Below are positions 1 to 9,971 of a DNA stretch of 64,000 nucleotides, one piece after another (the stretch's first letter is position 1; each line of letters begins with the position of its first letter). The stretch comes from Verrucomicrobiota bacterium (GTDB lineage Bacteria > Verrucomicrobiota > Verrucomicrobiia > Limisphaerales > JANNEF01). Made by a program: the position numbers and the translations under genes. The stretch is from the NCBI GenBank assembly GCA_031378375.1, contig JANNEF010000105.1, positions 693-64,692 of the forward strand, written 5' to 3'. The notes beneath the pieces are model-generated. The model saw only the letters and a program-made list of their open reading frames with translations, did not search any database and had not been told where the DNA came from.

Positions 1-404
1 CCGATCGTGAAGCAGTTTCCCCTGCTCAACACCTCCACGGTGCGGTTCACCATTTTGCCTTTGCCCATCAACTTGACTTCGACCTTGGGACCAGCCAGCT
101 CCGTAATTTCCACCGTGCATGCTTTGCTCATCTCGAGTTTCTTTGTGCCTCGCGATGGAATGGTTGAGTTAACCCGGTTGACTTCAAAATAGTTTTTCCA
201 CTTAAAAACGTTTCCCAAACGTTTTGAAAGATCCTTGTCCACGGATTTGTGACTGGGATCAGGAGATTTGTCGTCGTTGGTACCCCAGATCAGCCGCGCC
301 TCGACTTTTATATCCTCCGCCCAAGCAGGCGCAGCGAGTGATAGCACCAGAAACAACAACAAACACCGGGGAAACTTCTTCAGAAAAACACCGGCGAATC
401 TCAT
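1..404 (-). CDS. Secreted hypothetical protein (5' part only; gene runs off the left edge)
   Basis: Absent from the ORF track because no stop lies inside the window. The ATG at 404-402 overlaps the anti-sigma stop (ATGA at 401-404) and the frame stays open to position 1. The translation starts MRFAGVFLKKFPRCLLLFLVLSLAAPAWA/EDIKVEARLIWG, a classical signal peptide with an AxA site. Confidence 0.6.
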   Translation of the reverse strand, partial: MRFAGVFLKKFPRCLLLFLVLSLAAPAWAEDIKVEARLIWGTNDDKSPDPSHKSVDKDLSKRLGNVFKWKNYFEVNRVNSTIPSRGTKKLEMSKACTVEITELAGPKVEVKLMGKGKMVNRTVEVLSRGNCFTI

Positions 405-940
405 TGGATTACCACATCTTCGACTTCATCCATTATCTCCAAGTCCACCTCGGAAACAGTCTCCGCGCTTTTGTCTTGAACCCAGACCACAAACATTTTT
501 TCCGGATGAGAGCGAAAAGAGAATGAACTGGTGAACTCGGAATTGTTCTCCACCTCGTTCTCCATCTGCGTGTTCCCGTCAAACAGAGAAAGGTCGTAAT
601 GTTGCACCACTCCCACTGCCAAAAAAAACACCAAGGCGACGCCCACAAGCGGCGCGAAATGTTTGCGCCACGCCAGGAGAAAGCCCGAACCGGCCGACGC
701 CGGGGATTTTTCGGCACGCGCAATCTCCCGCTCAATTTTGCTCCAATAAAACTCGCGACTCTCGGGCACGGTCACTTCCGGCTCATTGCCGGCGAGAAAA
801 GCCTTGGTCATGCGCAACTCGCCCAGAAGCGATTGCGCCTCGTGATTCTGCTCCACCAAGGCGGCCACCTGCCGGGCCTCGCGACCAGAAAGTTCCCCAT
901 CCAAGTATGACTGCAACTGCAATTGTAATTCCTGTTTCAT
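401..940 (-). CDS. Anti-sigma factor (single-pass membrane protein)
   Basis: Track ORF 401..1033 trimmed to the ATG at 940 (MKQELQLQLQSYLDGELSGREARQV), which overlaps the sigma-factor stop by 1 nt (TGATG). It has a YLDGEL-type N-terminal anti-sigma helix and a central TM segment (FAPLVGVALVFFLAVGVV), and lies directly downstream of an ECF sigma gene. Confidence 0.7.
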   Translation of the reverse strand: MKQELQLQLQSYLDGELSGREARQVAALVEQNHEAQSLLGELRMTKAFLAGNEPEVTVPESREFYWSKIEREIARAEKSPASAGSGFLLAWRKHFAPLVGVALVFFLAVGVVQHYDLSLFDGNTQMENEVENNSEFTSSFSFRSHPEKMFVVWVQDKSAETVSEVDLEIMDEVEDVVIQ

Positions 941-1539
941 CAGCTTAATTCCTCTCGTTTGTAACTCGCCATCAAAACCGCCATCTTGCGTCGCGCATAA
1001 AACAACCGCGACATCACCGTGCCAATCGAACATTCCATTCGCTTGGCGATCTCTTTATATTCCAATTCTTCAAACTCATGTAAAATCAGCACCGTGCGAT
1101 GTTCCATTGAGAGCAGGGCCAAGGCCTTGTCAATCCGCTGCCGCAACTCGCCTCGTTCCAACCGCTCCGTCGGATTCACCGTCACCACCGGCATTTGCCG
1201 CTCCACACCGCCGGATTCTTCCTCCATCATCTCGATGGACTCGGTCCGGTGTCGTTTCTGTTTCCGCAACTGATCCAGACAGAGGTTTATCACGATCCTC
1301 GTCATCCAAGTCACGAAACTTGAATCACCATGGAACTGTTTCAACCGCTGCCAGCCTTTCACCCAGGCTTCCTGAGAAAGATCCATCGCCTCATCCTCGT
1401 TGCGCATCATGCTGAACGCGCGGGCGTATATCTTGTCGCGATGCCGCTTCACCATCTCCTCAAAGGCCAACATGTTGCCTCGCTGCGATGCACGCACCAG
1501 CTTTTCATCGCTGACTGAGGTGTAATCTTGCGTCGCCAT
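940..1539 (-). CDS. RNA polymerase sigma-70 factor, ECF subfamily
   Basis: 199 aa. Region 2 (DLSQEAWVKGWQRL, FVTWMTRIVINLCLDQLRK) and region 4 HTH (EYKEIAKRMECSIGTVMSRLFYARRKM) are typical of ECF sigma factors. Confidence 0.9.
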   Translation of the reverse strand: MATQDYTSVSDEKLVRASQRGNMLAFEEMVKRHRDKIYARAFSMMRNEDEAMDLSQEAWVKGWQRLKQFHGDSSFVTWMTRIVINLCLDQLRKQKRHRTESIEMMEEESGGVERQMPVVTVNPTERLERGELRQRIDKALALLSMEHRTVLILHEFEELEYKEIAKRMECSIGTVMSRLFYARRKMAVLMASYKREELS

Positions 1540-1578
1540 GTTTTCGACGGGGTGTTCGCTGCGCTTATTCAGCCGAAC

Positions 1579-2241
1579 TCACAGCAGGCCCTTCGTGCTG
1601 GGCAGTTCTCCAGTAATGCGTGGATCCCGTTGACAGGCAATATCTACCGCCTTGGCGAACGCCTTGAACAAACCCTCCACGACGTGATGCGGTTCTTCGC
1701 CATAGAGCAGTTCCAGATGCAGATTGCAACGCGCCTCATTCGCAAAACCCTGGAAAAATTCCCGCGCCAATCCGAACCGGAACGCGCTCGACATGTCCTG
1801 TTGTTTTTCCACGGCGGAGATTTTCTTGAACGCCATCCGATCCAATCCGCGCCAGACCAGATACGGTCGCCCGCTGAAATCCACCACGCAACGCGCGAGG
1901 CATTCGTCCATCGGGACGTAGGCCTCGCCCGTGAACGGATTGCGCGGATCAAACCCCGCGCCGTAGCGCCGGATCCCCCGCTTGTCCCCCAACGCCTCGC
2001 GCACCGCCTGGCCCAGCGCGATGCCGCAATCCTCCACCGTGTGATGCGCATCTACGGCGAGATCCCCCTTGCAACGCAACGTCAGATCCATCGCCGCGTG
2101 CCGGGCGAACAACGTCAGCATGTGATCGAAGAAGGCGATGTCCGTGCGGATCGCCGACTTGCCCGAACCGTCGAGGTTGAGCTTGATTCGGATGCGCGTC
2201 TCTTTTGTGGCGCGATGGACATATGCTTGCCGGAATTCCAC
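1579..2241 (-). CDS. hisB: Imidazoleglycerol-phosphate dehydratase
   Basis: 220 aa with the IGPD signatures TKETRIRIKLNLDGSG, FFDHML, HHTVEDCGIALG and EEPHHVVEGLFKAFAKA. Confidence 0.92.
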   Translation of the reverse strand: MEFRQAYVHRATKETRIRIKLNLDGSGKSAIRTDIAFFDHMLTLFARHAAMDLTLRCKGDLAVDAHHTVEDCGIALGQAVREALGDKRGIRRYGAGFDPRNPFTGEAYVPMDECLARCVVDFSGRPYLVWRGLDRMAFKKISAVEKQQDMSSAFRFGLAREFFQGFANEARCNLHLELLYGEEPHHVVEGLFKAFAKAVDIACQRDPRITGELPSTKGLL

Positions 2242-2385
2242 GCGCGCCAGTTAAACCAATTCCGCCGGCAAAACAAAAGGAAATCTGCCGCCAGTCAGCG
2301 AATTATTCACGCGTAATGACCAGGCAACCCGCCCGCTCACGGGGTCGGCGGCGCGGGTGGCTGGTGCGGATTTTCGCTCATCGCA

Positions 2386-3612
2386 CTATCTCTTTCTCTG
2401 CACCTTCGCCGCGACTTTCAGGCGGAGCGCGTTGAGCCGGATGAAGCCGGTGGCGTCGTCCTGGTTGTAGGCCTTGGTCGGGTCGGCCTCCATCGTGGCG
2501 ATGTGCGGGTTGTAGAGGCTCACGGGAGATTTGCGGCCCGCGACCATGATGTTGCCCTTGTAGAGCTTCACGCGCACCGTGCCGGTCACGTTCTTCTGGC
2601 TCTCGGTCACGTAGGCCTGGAGCGCGAGGCGTTCGGGCGCAAACCAGAAGCCGTTGTAAACGAGTTCGGCGTACTTCGGGATCAACGCGTCGCGCTGATG
2701 CATGACCTCGCGGTCCATCGTCAGCGTCTCCATCTGCCGATGCGCGAAATGCAGGATGGCGCCGCCGGGCGTCTCATACACGCCGCGCGATTTCATGCCC
2801 ACGTAACGGTTCTCCACCATGTCCACGCGCCCGACGCCGTGTTTGCCGCCGAGCTTGTTCAGCGCCTTCATCACGCCGAGTGGTGAAAGCTTCTTGCCAT
2901 TCACGGCCACGCAATTCCCCTTCTTGAAATCGAGCGTGACGAACTCCGGCTTGTCCGGCGCGTCTTCAGGGAACACGGAGAGCGTGTTGAAATAACCGCG
3001 ATACTTCGCCTCGCCCGCATCGAACCACGGGTCTTCGAGAATGCCCGCCTCGTAGGAGATGTGCAGGAGGTTGCGGTCCATCGAGAACGGTTTTTTCGCG
3101 CTGGCTTGCACGGGAATCTTGTGGCGGTCGCAGTAATCAATCATCGCCTGCCGGCCGGGAAATTCGGTGCGATACCGCTCGTCGCGCCACGGGGCGATGA
3201 CCTCCAAATCCGGCGCGAGCGCGGCGGCGGTGAGTTCGAAACGCACCTGGTCGTTGCCCTTGCCCGTCGCGCCGTGGGCGATGGCATCTGCCTTCTCCTT
3301 CTTCGCGATCTCCACCATGCGCTTGGCGATAAGCGGCCGCGCGATGCTCGTGCCGAGAAAGTATTGGCCCTCGTAAATCGCGCCCGCGTGAATCATCGGA
3401 TAGATGAAGTCGGTGGCGAATTCCTCCTGGAGGTCATCGATGTAAATCTTCGACGCGCCGGTGTTCCGGGCCTTCTTTTCGAGGCCGTGGAGTTCCTCCT
3501 CCTGTCCGATGTCGGCGCAGAAGCCGATCATCTCCGCGTTGTATTTATCCTTGATCCATGACATGAGGACCGAGGTGTCGAGACCGCCGGAGTAGGCTAA
3601 AACAATTTTCAT
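2386..3612 (-). CDS. argG: Argininosuccinate synthase
   Basis: Track ORF 2386..3876 trimmed to the ATG at 3612 ([15 protein letters not shown], the SGGLDTS ATP-pyrophosphatase loop). Also has [13 protein letters not shown] and [18 protein letters not shown]. The upstream 88 codons are Arg/Pro-rich and look non-coding. Confidence 0.93.
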   Translation of the reverse strand: MKIVLAYSGGLDTSVLMSWIKDKYNAEMIGFCADIGQEEELHGLEKKARNTGASKIYIDDLQEEFATDFIYPMIHAGAIYEGQYFLGTSIARPLIAKRMVEIAKKEKADAIAHGATGKGNDQVRFELTAAALAPDLEVIAPWRDERYRTEFPGRQAMIDYCDRHKIPVQASAKKPFSMDRNLLHISYEAGILEDPWFDAGEAKYRGYFNTLSVFPEDAPDKPEFVTLDFKKGNCVAVNGKKLSPLGVMKALNKLGGKHGVGRVDMVENRYVGMKSRGVYETPGGAILHFAHRQMETLTMDREVMHQRDALIPKYAELVYNGFWFAPERLALQAYVTESQKNVTGTVRVKLYKGNIMVAGRKSPVSLYNPHIATMEADPTKAYNQDDATGFIRLNALRLKVAAKVQRKR

Positions 3613-3757
3613 AATTCGCAAAAAGTTGCGCGGACAATAATCGGGAATTGAGTGCGGGTGGAAAGAAGATTCTACCGCGCTGGCAAGCGGAGGGACACGC
3701 TGCCGCCAGGGAAAGGGACGGGAAACCGGGCGGATCAGGATCCGGATACCGCCCGGC

Positions 3758-6496
3758 TTACTTGTCCAGGCACGCGCGAACCATTTCCGCCAGCTTGGGC
3801 GGCGGGTAGGGTTTTTGGAGGAAGACGGTGTCGCGCCGGCCCATGTCGCGCCCCATGATGTCGGCGCTGTATCCACTGGTGTAAATCACTTTGAGGTCCG
3901 GTTTGCGCGACCTCAATTCATCGGCGAGTTCGCGACCGGTCATGCCTTCCGGCATTACCATGTCCGTAAGCAGCAGATCGATGTTGCCGCCGCGCTTCTC
4001 CCAGACTTTCAGGGCGTCCACGCCGGAGCAGGCCTCCAGCACTTCATAGGCGTAATCCTTGAGGATCATCTGGGCGAGCTCACGCAGGACTGGCTCATCT
4101 TCGACGAGCAGGATGGTCTCGCGTCCACCTTTCACGGCCGGTGGGGCGGCTTTTTCAACCACGACCTCGGCGGTCTTGGTGGTTACCGGGAGGTAAACTT
4201 TGAACGTGGTGCCAACGCCAATTTCGCTGGTGACTTCGAGCCAGCCTTGATGCTGTTTGACGATGCCATACACGGTGGCCAGGCCCAGCCCGGTGCCTTT
4301 GCCGACGGGCTTGGTGGTGAAGAACGGCTCGTAAATACGGTTCAAGGTTTCACGGTCCATGCCACACCCGGAGTCGGCCACGCTCAGGCAGATGAACTGG
4401 CCGGGGCGCGCGTCGGGATGTTGTTGGGCGTAGGCGTCTCCGACCTGGACCGTCTTGGTGGCGACAAGCAGGCGCCCGCCTTTGGGCATCGCATCACGGG
4501 CGTTGACGGAGAAATTCATGATCACTTGTTCGATCATGCCCGCGTCGCCTTCGATAAAGGCCGGCTCGGGCGTGCAACTGCACTCCAGGGCAATGTCGTC
4601 GCCCAGCAGGCGGTGGAGCATCTTGGACAAGTCGCGGAGCAAGCCATTTATATCCAGCACGCGCGGCTGCATGACCTGCTTGCGGCTGAACATAAGCAAT
4701 TGGCGCGTGAGACCAGCGGCGCGGCTGGCGGCATCGGAAACCTGTTTGAGCGGATCGCCGGCTCGCGGATCGAGGTCGGCCATGCCCAGCAAACGATCGG
4801 CGTGGCCCTGGATGATGGTGAGAATATTGTTAAAATCGTGGGCGACACCGGCGGCCAGTTGACCGACGGATTCGAGTCTTTGCGCATGGAGCAATTGCGC
4901 TTCGAGGTTGAGCCGGTCGGTCACGTCCTGCCCGTAGCAATGCACCACGTGATTGGCCAGGATGGGGAAAAAGGACCAGGAGAGCGTTCGTTCGTTGATG
5001 CAGATTTCCTGGCGCAATCTGCTCTGGCCCGTGCGCAGGCATTCCTGCGCCGTCGCCGAGGCACAGGGTGGCAGAATCGCCGCCGCATCCGCGACCGTGA
5101 GCGAGAGCGCCATTTCTGACGCGGCCTGGTTCAAGTAAGTGAGCGTACCGTCGGACGCCAGTTCCAACACCGGATCCGGATTAAAGCGCGGAAAGGCGGC
5201 GAGCTTGCGGATTTCCGCCTCGGCCCGTTTGCGCTCGGTGATGTCGGTGATGGTGCCCGACGTGCCCAGATCCGTGCCAAGCGTGGGCTGCGCGTACACC
5301 TCCACCCAGCGAAACGTGCCGTCGCTGGCGATGAAACGTGTCTCATCACGGCAAAAGCTTTTTCCCCGTTGGATGACTTCTTGAAATACTTCGCAGTGAC
5401 GTTCGCGGTCTTCCGGGTGGACATAATCCACGAACGACTTGCCGAGGGATTCTTTAATCTTGAAACCCGTAATCTCCGTCCACGCGGGATTGAGGAACGT
5501 CCACTGGCCGGCGTCGTTCACCTGAAAGATGACTTCCTTAATGCTCTCGACCACCGAACGATAACGAACTTCACTGGCACCCAAGGCTTCCTCGGAACGT
5601 TTGCGCTCGACACACAAGGCAATGCCGTTGGCAACCGATGACATCTCCTGCAGCACCGTCGGAGCGAAAGGCTGGCTACTATAGATGACCATCAGTCCAA
5701 CGGGCCGTTCCTCGAGCATCAAGGGATAGCCGGCACACGCGACAATCCCTTCGCGCTTGACCCAGTCGCGGTCAGCCACGGGCGTTTCTTTCAACGCGGG
5801 ATTGAACAGAAATGGTTTCCCCTCAGCGATAAGGTCCGGCGGAGAAGTGGTGCGCGAGTTGCACTGTGGATACCCATCCGGGTCGGTGATGGTGCCGACG
5901 CTGGCCTGCAGTTGAAGCAACCCGGCCTCCGGATCAAAAGTCCAGATGCGCGACAACTCCGCCTGGAGATAATTCGACATGGCCGCCGCGCAACGATGCA
6001 AAATCGCATCCAACGAGTCGCGACGGGTCAACGCCAGGCCAACCTCCGCGCCAAAGGCTGCCAGCCTCGCCTGATCCGCCGCCGCCGCCGCCGCAGCGCG
6101 CTGGCGGCCAACGGCATAGCGGATGGAGCGCTCCAGCGAACACGCATCGAGACGGCTCTTGATCAGATAATCCGCCGCGCCGGCCTGCATCGCTTCGAGG
6201 TCGATCTCGTGTTCGCCCTGCCCGGTGAGAAGGATGATGGGCGAGGTGCAGCCCCGTTCCAGCGCCGCCCGCAATACTTCAACGCCGGTTTGGGCGCCGA
6301 GCCGGTAGTCCACCAGACAGATATCATGCTGATTGAGCACCAGCGCTTCGAGGCCGGCGGCGGGATTTTTCACCCACTCCAATTGGAAGCGCCCCCCTTG
6401 AATCTCGGAGAAAAGACTTTTCGTCAGGATGAAATCGTCCTCGTCATCCTCGATCAGAAGAACCTTCAAGGGTTCGTTATGCGTGGGGGACTGCAC
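3758..6496 (-). CDS. Hybrid sensor histidine kinase (receiver-GAF/PAS-HisKA-HATPase-receiver)
   Basis: 912 aa. It has an N-terminal receiver (LLIEDDEDD...DICLVDYRL), PAS-like segments, an H-box ([13 protein letters not shown]), ATPase boxes ([25 protein letters not shown]) and a C-terminal receiver (ILLVEDEP...[14 protein letters not shown]). The GTG start at 6496 overlaps the upstream receiver stop by 1 nt. Confidence 0.9.
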   Translation of the reverse strand: MQSPTHNEPLKVLLIEDDEDDFILTKSLFSEIQGGRFQLEWVKNPAAGLEALVLNQHDICLVDYRLGAQTGVEVLRAALERGCTSPIILLTGQGEHEIDLEAMQAGAADYLIKSRLDACSLERSIRYAVGRQRAAAAAAADQARLAAFGAEVGLALTRRDSLDAILHRCAAAMSNYLQAELSRIWTFDPEAGLLQLQASVGTITDPDGYPQCNSRTTSPPDLIAEGKPFLFNPALKETPVADRDWVKREGIVACAGYPLMLEERPVGLMVIYSSQPFAPTVLQEMSSVANGIALCVERKRSEEALGASEVRYRSVVESIKEVIFQVNDAGQWTFLNPAWTEITGFKIKESLGKSFVDYVHPEDRERHCEVFQEVIQRGKSFCRDETRFIASDGTFRWVEVYAQPTLGTDLGTSGTITDITERKRAEAEIRKLAAFPRFNPDPVLELASDGTLTYLNQAASEMALSLTVADAAAILPPCASATAQECLRTGQSRLRQEICINERTLSWSFFPILANHVVHCYGQDVTDRLNLEAQLLHAQRLESVGQLAAGVAHDFNNILTIIQGHADRLLGMADLDPRAGDPLKQVSDAASRAAGLTRQLLMFSRKQVMQPRVLDINGLLRDLSKMLHRLLGDDIALECSCTPEPAFIEGDAGMIEQVIMNFSVNARDAMPKGGRLLVATKTVQVGDAYAQQHPDARPGQFICLSVADSGCGMDRETLNRIYEPFFTTKPVGKGTGLGLATVYGIVKQHQGWLEVTSEIGVGTTFKVYLPVTTKTAEVVVEKAAPPAVKGGRETILLVEDEPVLRELAQMILKDYAYEVLEACSGVDALKVWEKRGGNIDLLLTDMVMPEGMTGRELADELRSRKPDLKVIYTSGYSADIMGRDMGRRDTVFLQKPYPPPKLAEMVRACLDK

Positions 6497-6948
6497 TATT
6501 TCTTGACGGGTAGTTCGACGGTTTCCAACCAGTACTGGCTGACGATGCGCATGACGTTCACGAGTTCGTCGAAACTGGTCGGTTTGGCGATGAACGAGTT
6601 GGCCCCGAGTTCATAGATGCGGTTGATGTCGGTGTCGGCCTTGGAAGTAGTGAGCACGACGACCGGGATGCGCCTCAACTCAGGATCGTTCTTGATCTCG
6701 CGCAGCGCCTCCCGTCCGTCTTTGCGCGGCATGTTCAAGTCCAGGAGAATCAGGCCGGGACGCGGAGCGGTGGTCGGCGCGTTGAATTTCCCCTGTCGGT
6801 GGAGGAAATCGAGCAACTCCTCGCCGTTCTCGACGAAGTGCAGATCACTGTCGATTTTGCACTCAGCCAGAGCGTCCTTGGCCAGCAGTCGATCATCAGC
6901 GTCGTCGTCGGCCATGAGGATGACCAGGTTTTTGGGAGGAGTACTCAA
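6496..6948 (-). CDS. Stand-alone response-regulator receiver protein (CheY-like)
   Basis: Receiver fold: LVILMADDDADD, LILLDLNMPRKDG, VVVLTTS, ANSFIAKP. The start is uncertain. A TTG at 6948 overlaps the upstream HK stop (TTGA) and keeps the first beta-strand; the first ATG (6915) would cut it; the track start (7065) adds an Arg-rich extension inside the HK gene. Confidence 0.8.
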   Translation of the reverse strand: MSTPPKNLVILMADDDADDRLLAKDALAECKIDSDLHFVENGEELLDFLHRQGKFNAPTTAPRPGLILLDLNMPRKDGREALREIKNDPELRRIPVVVLTTSKADTDINRIYELGANSFIAKPTSFDELVNVMRIVSQYWLETVELPVKK

Positions 6949-8795
6949 ACGGGTTTCTCTCCTTTGGGTTGGCGGGCGGGCAGGCTGACGGTGAACGTTG
7001 CGCCTTCGCCCAGTTTGCTCGCCGCGGTGATGGTGCCACCGTGGCGATCGGTAATACGCCGGCAAACCGCCAGCCCGACGCCCGTGCCTTCGAATTCGGT
7101 GCGCCCGTGCAGCCGTTGGAACATGGTGAAAATTTTATCGAGATATTTTTCCTCAAAACCGATGCCGTTGTCCCGGATCGTCAGTTCGCAGATCTCATCG
7201 TCAGGCGAAGGATTGACCTTGGCGGCGAATGGACGCTTGACGATCTCCGCGCTGATGGTGACCAGCGGCTGCGCGCCCGGCGCTTGGAACTTCAGCGCGT
7301 TGCCGATCAAATTTTGCAGCAGTTGGCGCATTTGGAGCGGGTCCGCGTCAATGGTGGGCAAGGCACCGACCTCGACTTTCGCCTTCGTGCGTTCAATGCG
7401 CACTTCCAGATCAGTCAGCACTTCCTGCGTGACCGCAGCGAGATCCACCGGCGCGAACGGCTCGGAGGTGCTGATGACACGCGAGAAGGTGAGCAGATCG
7501 TTGATGAGGGTCTGCATTCGCGCGGCGGCGCTCTGCATGCGCTCCAGATAATCGCGCCCTTCGTCCAGCTTTACCGCGTCGCACTTGGTTTTGAGGCGGT
7601 CGCCGAAGGCCTGGATTTTGCGAAGCGGCTCCTGCAAATCATGAGACGCCACGTAGGCAAACTGCTCCAACTCGGCGTTGGACCGTGCCAGCTCGGCGGC
7701 CTTGCGACCCAAAGCTTCCTCGGTGCGTTTGCGTTCGGTGATGTCCTTGAAAATAACCACGGCACCGACCATCCGCTCTTTTTCCATGATCGGCGTGCGG
7801 ACGTACTCGACGGGGAAACTGGCGCCGTCCTTGCGGTGGAAGATGACATCCGGCTGAGCTGCGTCGTCGCGCATCCGAAACTGCGTTTCCCCGTTTTGCA
7901 CCGGCGCGGAATGCGAGCGGTGGAACACCTCGATCTCCGGCTTGCCAATGAGCTCTTCGACGGACCAGCCGGTCAGTTTCGCGGCGGCAGGGTTGACGAA
8001 CGTGGTCTTGCCCTGGAGGTCCAGGCCGTAGATGCCCTCACCGGCGGAACTGAGGATGTTTTCGTAGCGGCGCTGGAGTTTCTGCAATTCCTGGGTGCGC
8101 ACCTGCACGGCCATCTCGAGCACATCTTTCGAACGCTCCAGTTCCTGGCGCTGGTGGGCGAGGGTTTTTCCCACTTGGGTGCGCTCGCTGAGTTCCTTCT
8201 CCAGCGCGGCGAGGGACTTGGTCAGCGAGCCGGTGCGTTCCTCAATGCGCTTGTCAAAGTCCTGTTGCAGCGTGCGCAACTGTCCTTCCACCTGCGCGCG
8301 CAAGGCGGTCTGGTGCCGTGCTTCGATTTGGGCCTCGTCCAGTTCGGACTGCGCGACCTGCAATTGCCGGGCATATTGCTGCGACTCCTGCTCCAACGTC
8401 GCACCGCGCATGGCGATGCGGCTGACCCATGCCTGCCGCCACAGCGCCATGCCCAGACTCATCACCAACATCAAACCCGCGCCACCCGCCGCCGTCGCCA
8501 CGGTGACCTTCAAAGTCCAGTCGTCCACCTGTTTGAGGAGACGCGGGATCGCTTGTTCCGCCTGTGACTTGATCTGAAGGGGTGGGGGATTTGTGGAAGC
8601 GCCGGTGGTCGAGCGTGCCGACTGGGCACCTTCGGCATAGAGGGCAATCCCTTGTTCCTTGGCCTGCGCCCGCAACGATTTGGTACCGGCCACATAAACC
8701 CAAATGCTGGCACCGATGGCCAGACTCAGCACAAGCGCCGAGGCGACCACGAACGGTTTGGGCATCGGTGATTTCGTTTCAGTTTGGCTGCTCAT
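6945..8795 (-). CDS. Membrane sensor histidine kinase (TM - coiled coil - PAS - HisKA - HATPase)
   Basis: 616 aa. It has N-terminal TM segments, a long coiled-coil region, a PAS domain (GEGIYGLDLQGKTTFVNPAAAKLTGW), an H-box (ASHDLQEPLRKI) and ATPase boxes (IGNALKF, DNGIGF, GTGVGLAVC). Confidence 0.9.
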   Translation of the reverse strand: MSSQTETKSPMPKPFVVASALVLSLAIGASIWVYVAGTKSLRAQAKEQGIALYAEGAQSARSTTGASTNPPPLQIKSQAEQAIPRLLKQVDDWTLKVTVATAAGGAGLMLVMSLGMALWRQAWVSRIAMRGATLEQESQQYARQLQVAQSELDEAQIEARHQTALRAQVEGQLRTLQQDFDKRIEERTGSLTKSLAALEKELSERTQVGKTLAHQRQELERSKDVLEMAVQVRTQELQKLQRRYENILSSAGEGIYGLDLQGKTTFVNPAAAKLTGWSVEELIGKPEIEVFHRSHSAPVQNGETQFRMRDDAAQPDVIFHRKDGASFPVEYVRTPIMEKERMVGAVVIFKDITERKRTEEALGRKAAELARSNAELEQFAYVASHDLQEPLRKIQAFGDRLKTKCDAVKLDEGRDYLERMQSAAARMQTLINDLLTFSRVISTSEPFAPVDLAAVTQEVLTDLEVRIERTKAKVEVGALPTIDADPLQMRQLLQNLIGNALKFQAPGAQPLVTISAEIVKRPFAAKVNPSPDDEICELTIRDNGIGFEEKYLDKIFTMFQRLHGRTEFEGTGVGLAVCRRITDRHGGTITAASKLGEGATFTVSLPARQPKGEKPV

Positions 8796-9142
8796 GATCT
8801 ATCGGGACCCATATTCCACGCTTTGTTTCGTACCGATGATTTACGGTCCACGTCTAAGGTATCGGCTGCTTTCACCGGATGTTTAATTTTTCCTGCGCGA
8901 AACTCACGGCGTGACCCGTTACCAATTCATCAACCGGTTTGCCCTTCTCAGCACAAGACATGCCCTCACCCGCGTAACATCAAAAAACCTTTTTCGCTTT
9001 CGTTCCATCTCCATCGGTCGGTTCCAATCCCGTTTACAAATGAACCGGTTTGGCCTTCAATCGCGCCATGTTCGCCGGAACCAACGTTTCCCTCACCGCG
9101 ACCGCCGGAACGTCGCACGTGACTTTTGACTAGCGGTGGCGC

Positions 9143-9964
9143 ATGGCATTCGCTACCGACACGTTGGGAATCATCGCCGGCAACCGCACCTTGCCGCTGG
9201 TTTTTGCCCGTCAGGCACGGAAACTCGGCGTGAAACGGCTCGTCGCCGTGGCGTTTGAGAACGAAACAGATCCCACACTGGCCACGCTGGTGGACCAGAT
9301 CATCTGGCTGCGGGTCGGTCAGCTCTCAAAAATGATCGCGGCTTTCACCGGCAACGGGATCGCCCATTGCGTCATGGTCGGTCAAATCGCGCCGAAAAAT
9401 CTTTTTGACCTGCGCCCCGATCTCCGCGCGATGGCGATGCTGCTGAAGCTCAAGGAAAAGAACGCGCATACAATCTTCGGCGCGATTGCCGGCGAGTTGC
9501 AACGCGACGGCGTGGAACTCATCCCGGCCACGCCCTGGCTGCAACCGCTCATGCCAGATGCCGGTTTCCGGATCGGCCCCGAGATGTCCGCCGAACAAGC
9601 TGCCGATGTCGCCTTTGGTTTCCGCATGGCCAAGGAAATCTCGCGCTTGGAAATTGGCCAGACGGTAGTGGTGAAAAACGGCACCGTGCTCGCAGTGGAA
9701 GGCTTTGAAGGGACCGACGCCTGCCTCAAGCGGGGCACCGAACTCGCCGGCAAGTCCGGTGGTGCCGTCGCCGTAAAAGTCGCCAAGGAAAAACACGACC
9801 TGCGCTTCGATATTCCATGCGTCGGCCTCCAGACCATTGAAGTCTGCATCGCCGGGAAGATTTCCGCGCTGGCGCTGGAGGCCCGGAAGACTCTCGTGCT
9901 GGAGCAGGAAGTCATCGCACCACTGGCCACCAAACACCAGTTCACGCTCACCACCGTCAGTTAA
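9143..9964 (+). CDS. lpxI: UDP-2,3-diacylglucosamine pyrophosphatase LpxI (DUF1009 family)
   Basis: 273 aa. GIIAGNRTLPL, GQTVVVKNGTVLAVEGFEGTDACLKRG and FDIPCVG match the LpxI/DUF1009 pattern as I remember it. Confidence 0.75.
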   Translation: MAFATDTLGIIAGNRTLPLVFARQARKLGVKRLVAVAFENETDPTLATLVDQIIWLRVGQLSKMIAAFTGNGIAHCVMVGQIAPKNLFDLRPDLRAMAMLLKLKEKNAHTIFGAIAGELQRDGVELIPATPWLQPLMPDAGFRIGPEMSAEQAADVAFGFRMAKEISRLEIGQTVVVKNGTVLAVEGFEGTDACLKRGTELAGKSGGAVAVKVAKEKHDLRFDIPCVGLQTIEVCIAGKISALALEARKTLVLEQEVIAPLATKHQFTLTTVS

Positions 9965-9971
9965 ACCACGC

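Noticed and set aside
3613-3876. N-terminal extensions of track ORFs (argG to 3876, tpiA to 15147, moxR from 20661, batA from 25508, rplY to 31795, FeS/DmsC from 47867, secreted protein to 62481, pheS to 63541)
   Set aside because: The extensions overlap neighbouring genes or are Arg/Pro-rich. The conserved N-terminal motifs of each family begin at internal ATG/GTG codons, which were used instead.
6969-8567. 532-aa plus-strand ORF opposite the histidine kinase. Similar long antisense ORFs occur at 3815-5119, 5912-6616, 14862-16187, 17971-19629, 18281-19846, 34536-36737, 36934-38682, 40876-42156, 45110-46648, 46806-48314, 49489-51315, 52674-53687, 54881-55933, 57889-58824 and 62306-63394
   Set aside because: All overlap strongly supported genes on the other strand or in another frame. 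They have low-complexity R/G/A/H/P-rich translations and lack any recognisable motif.
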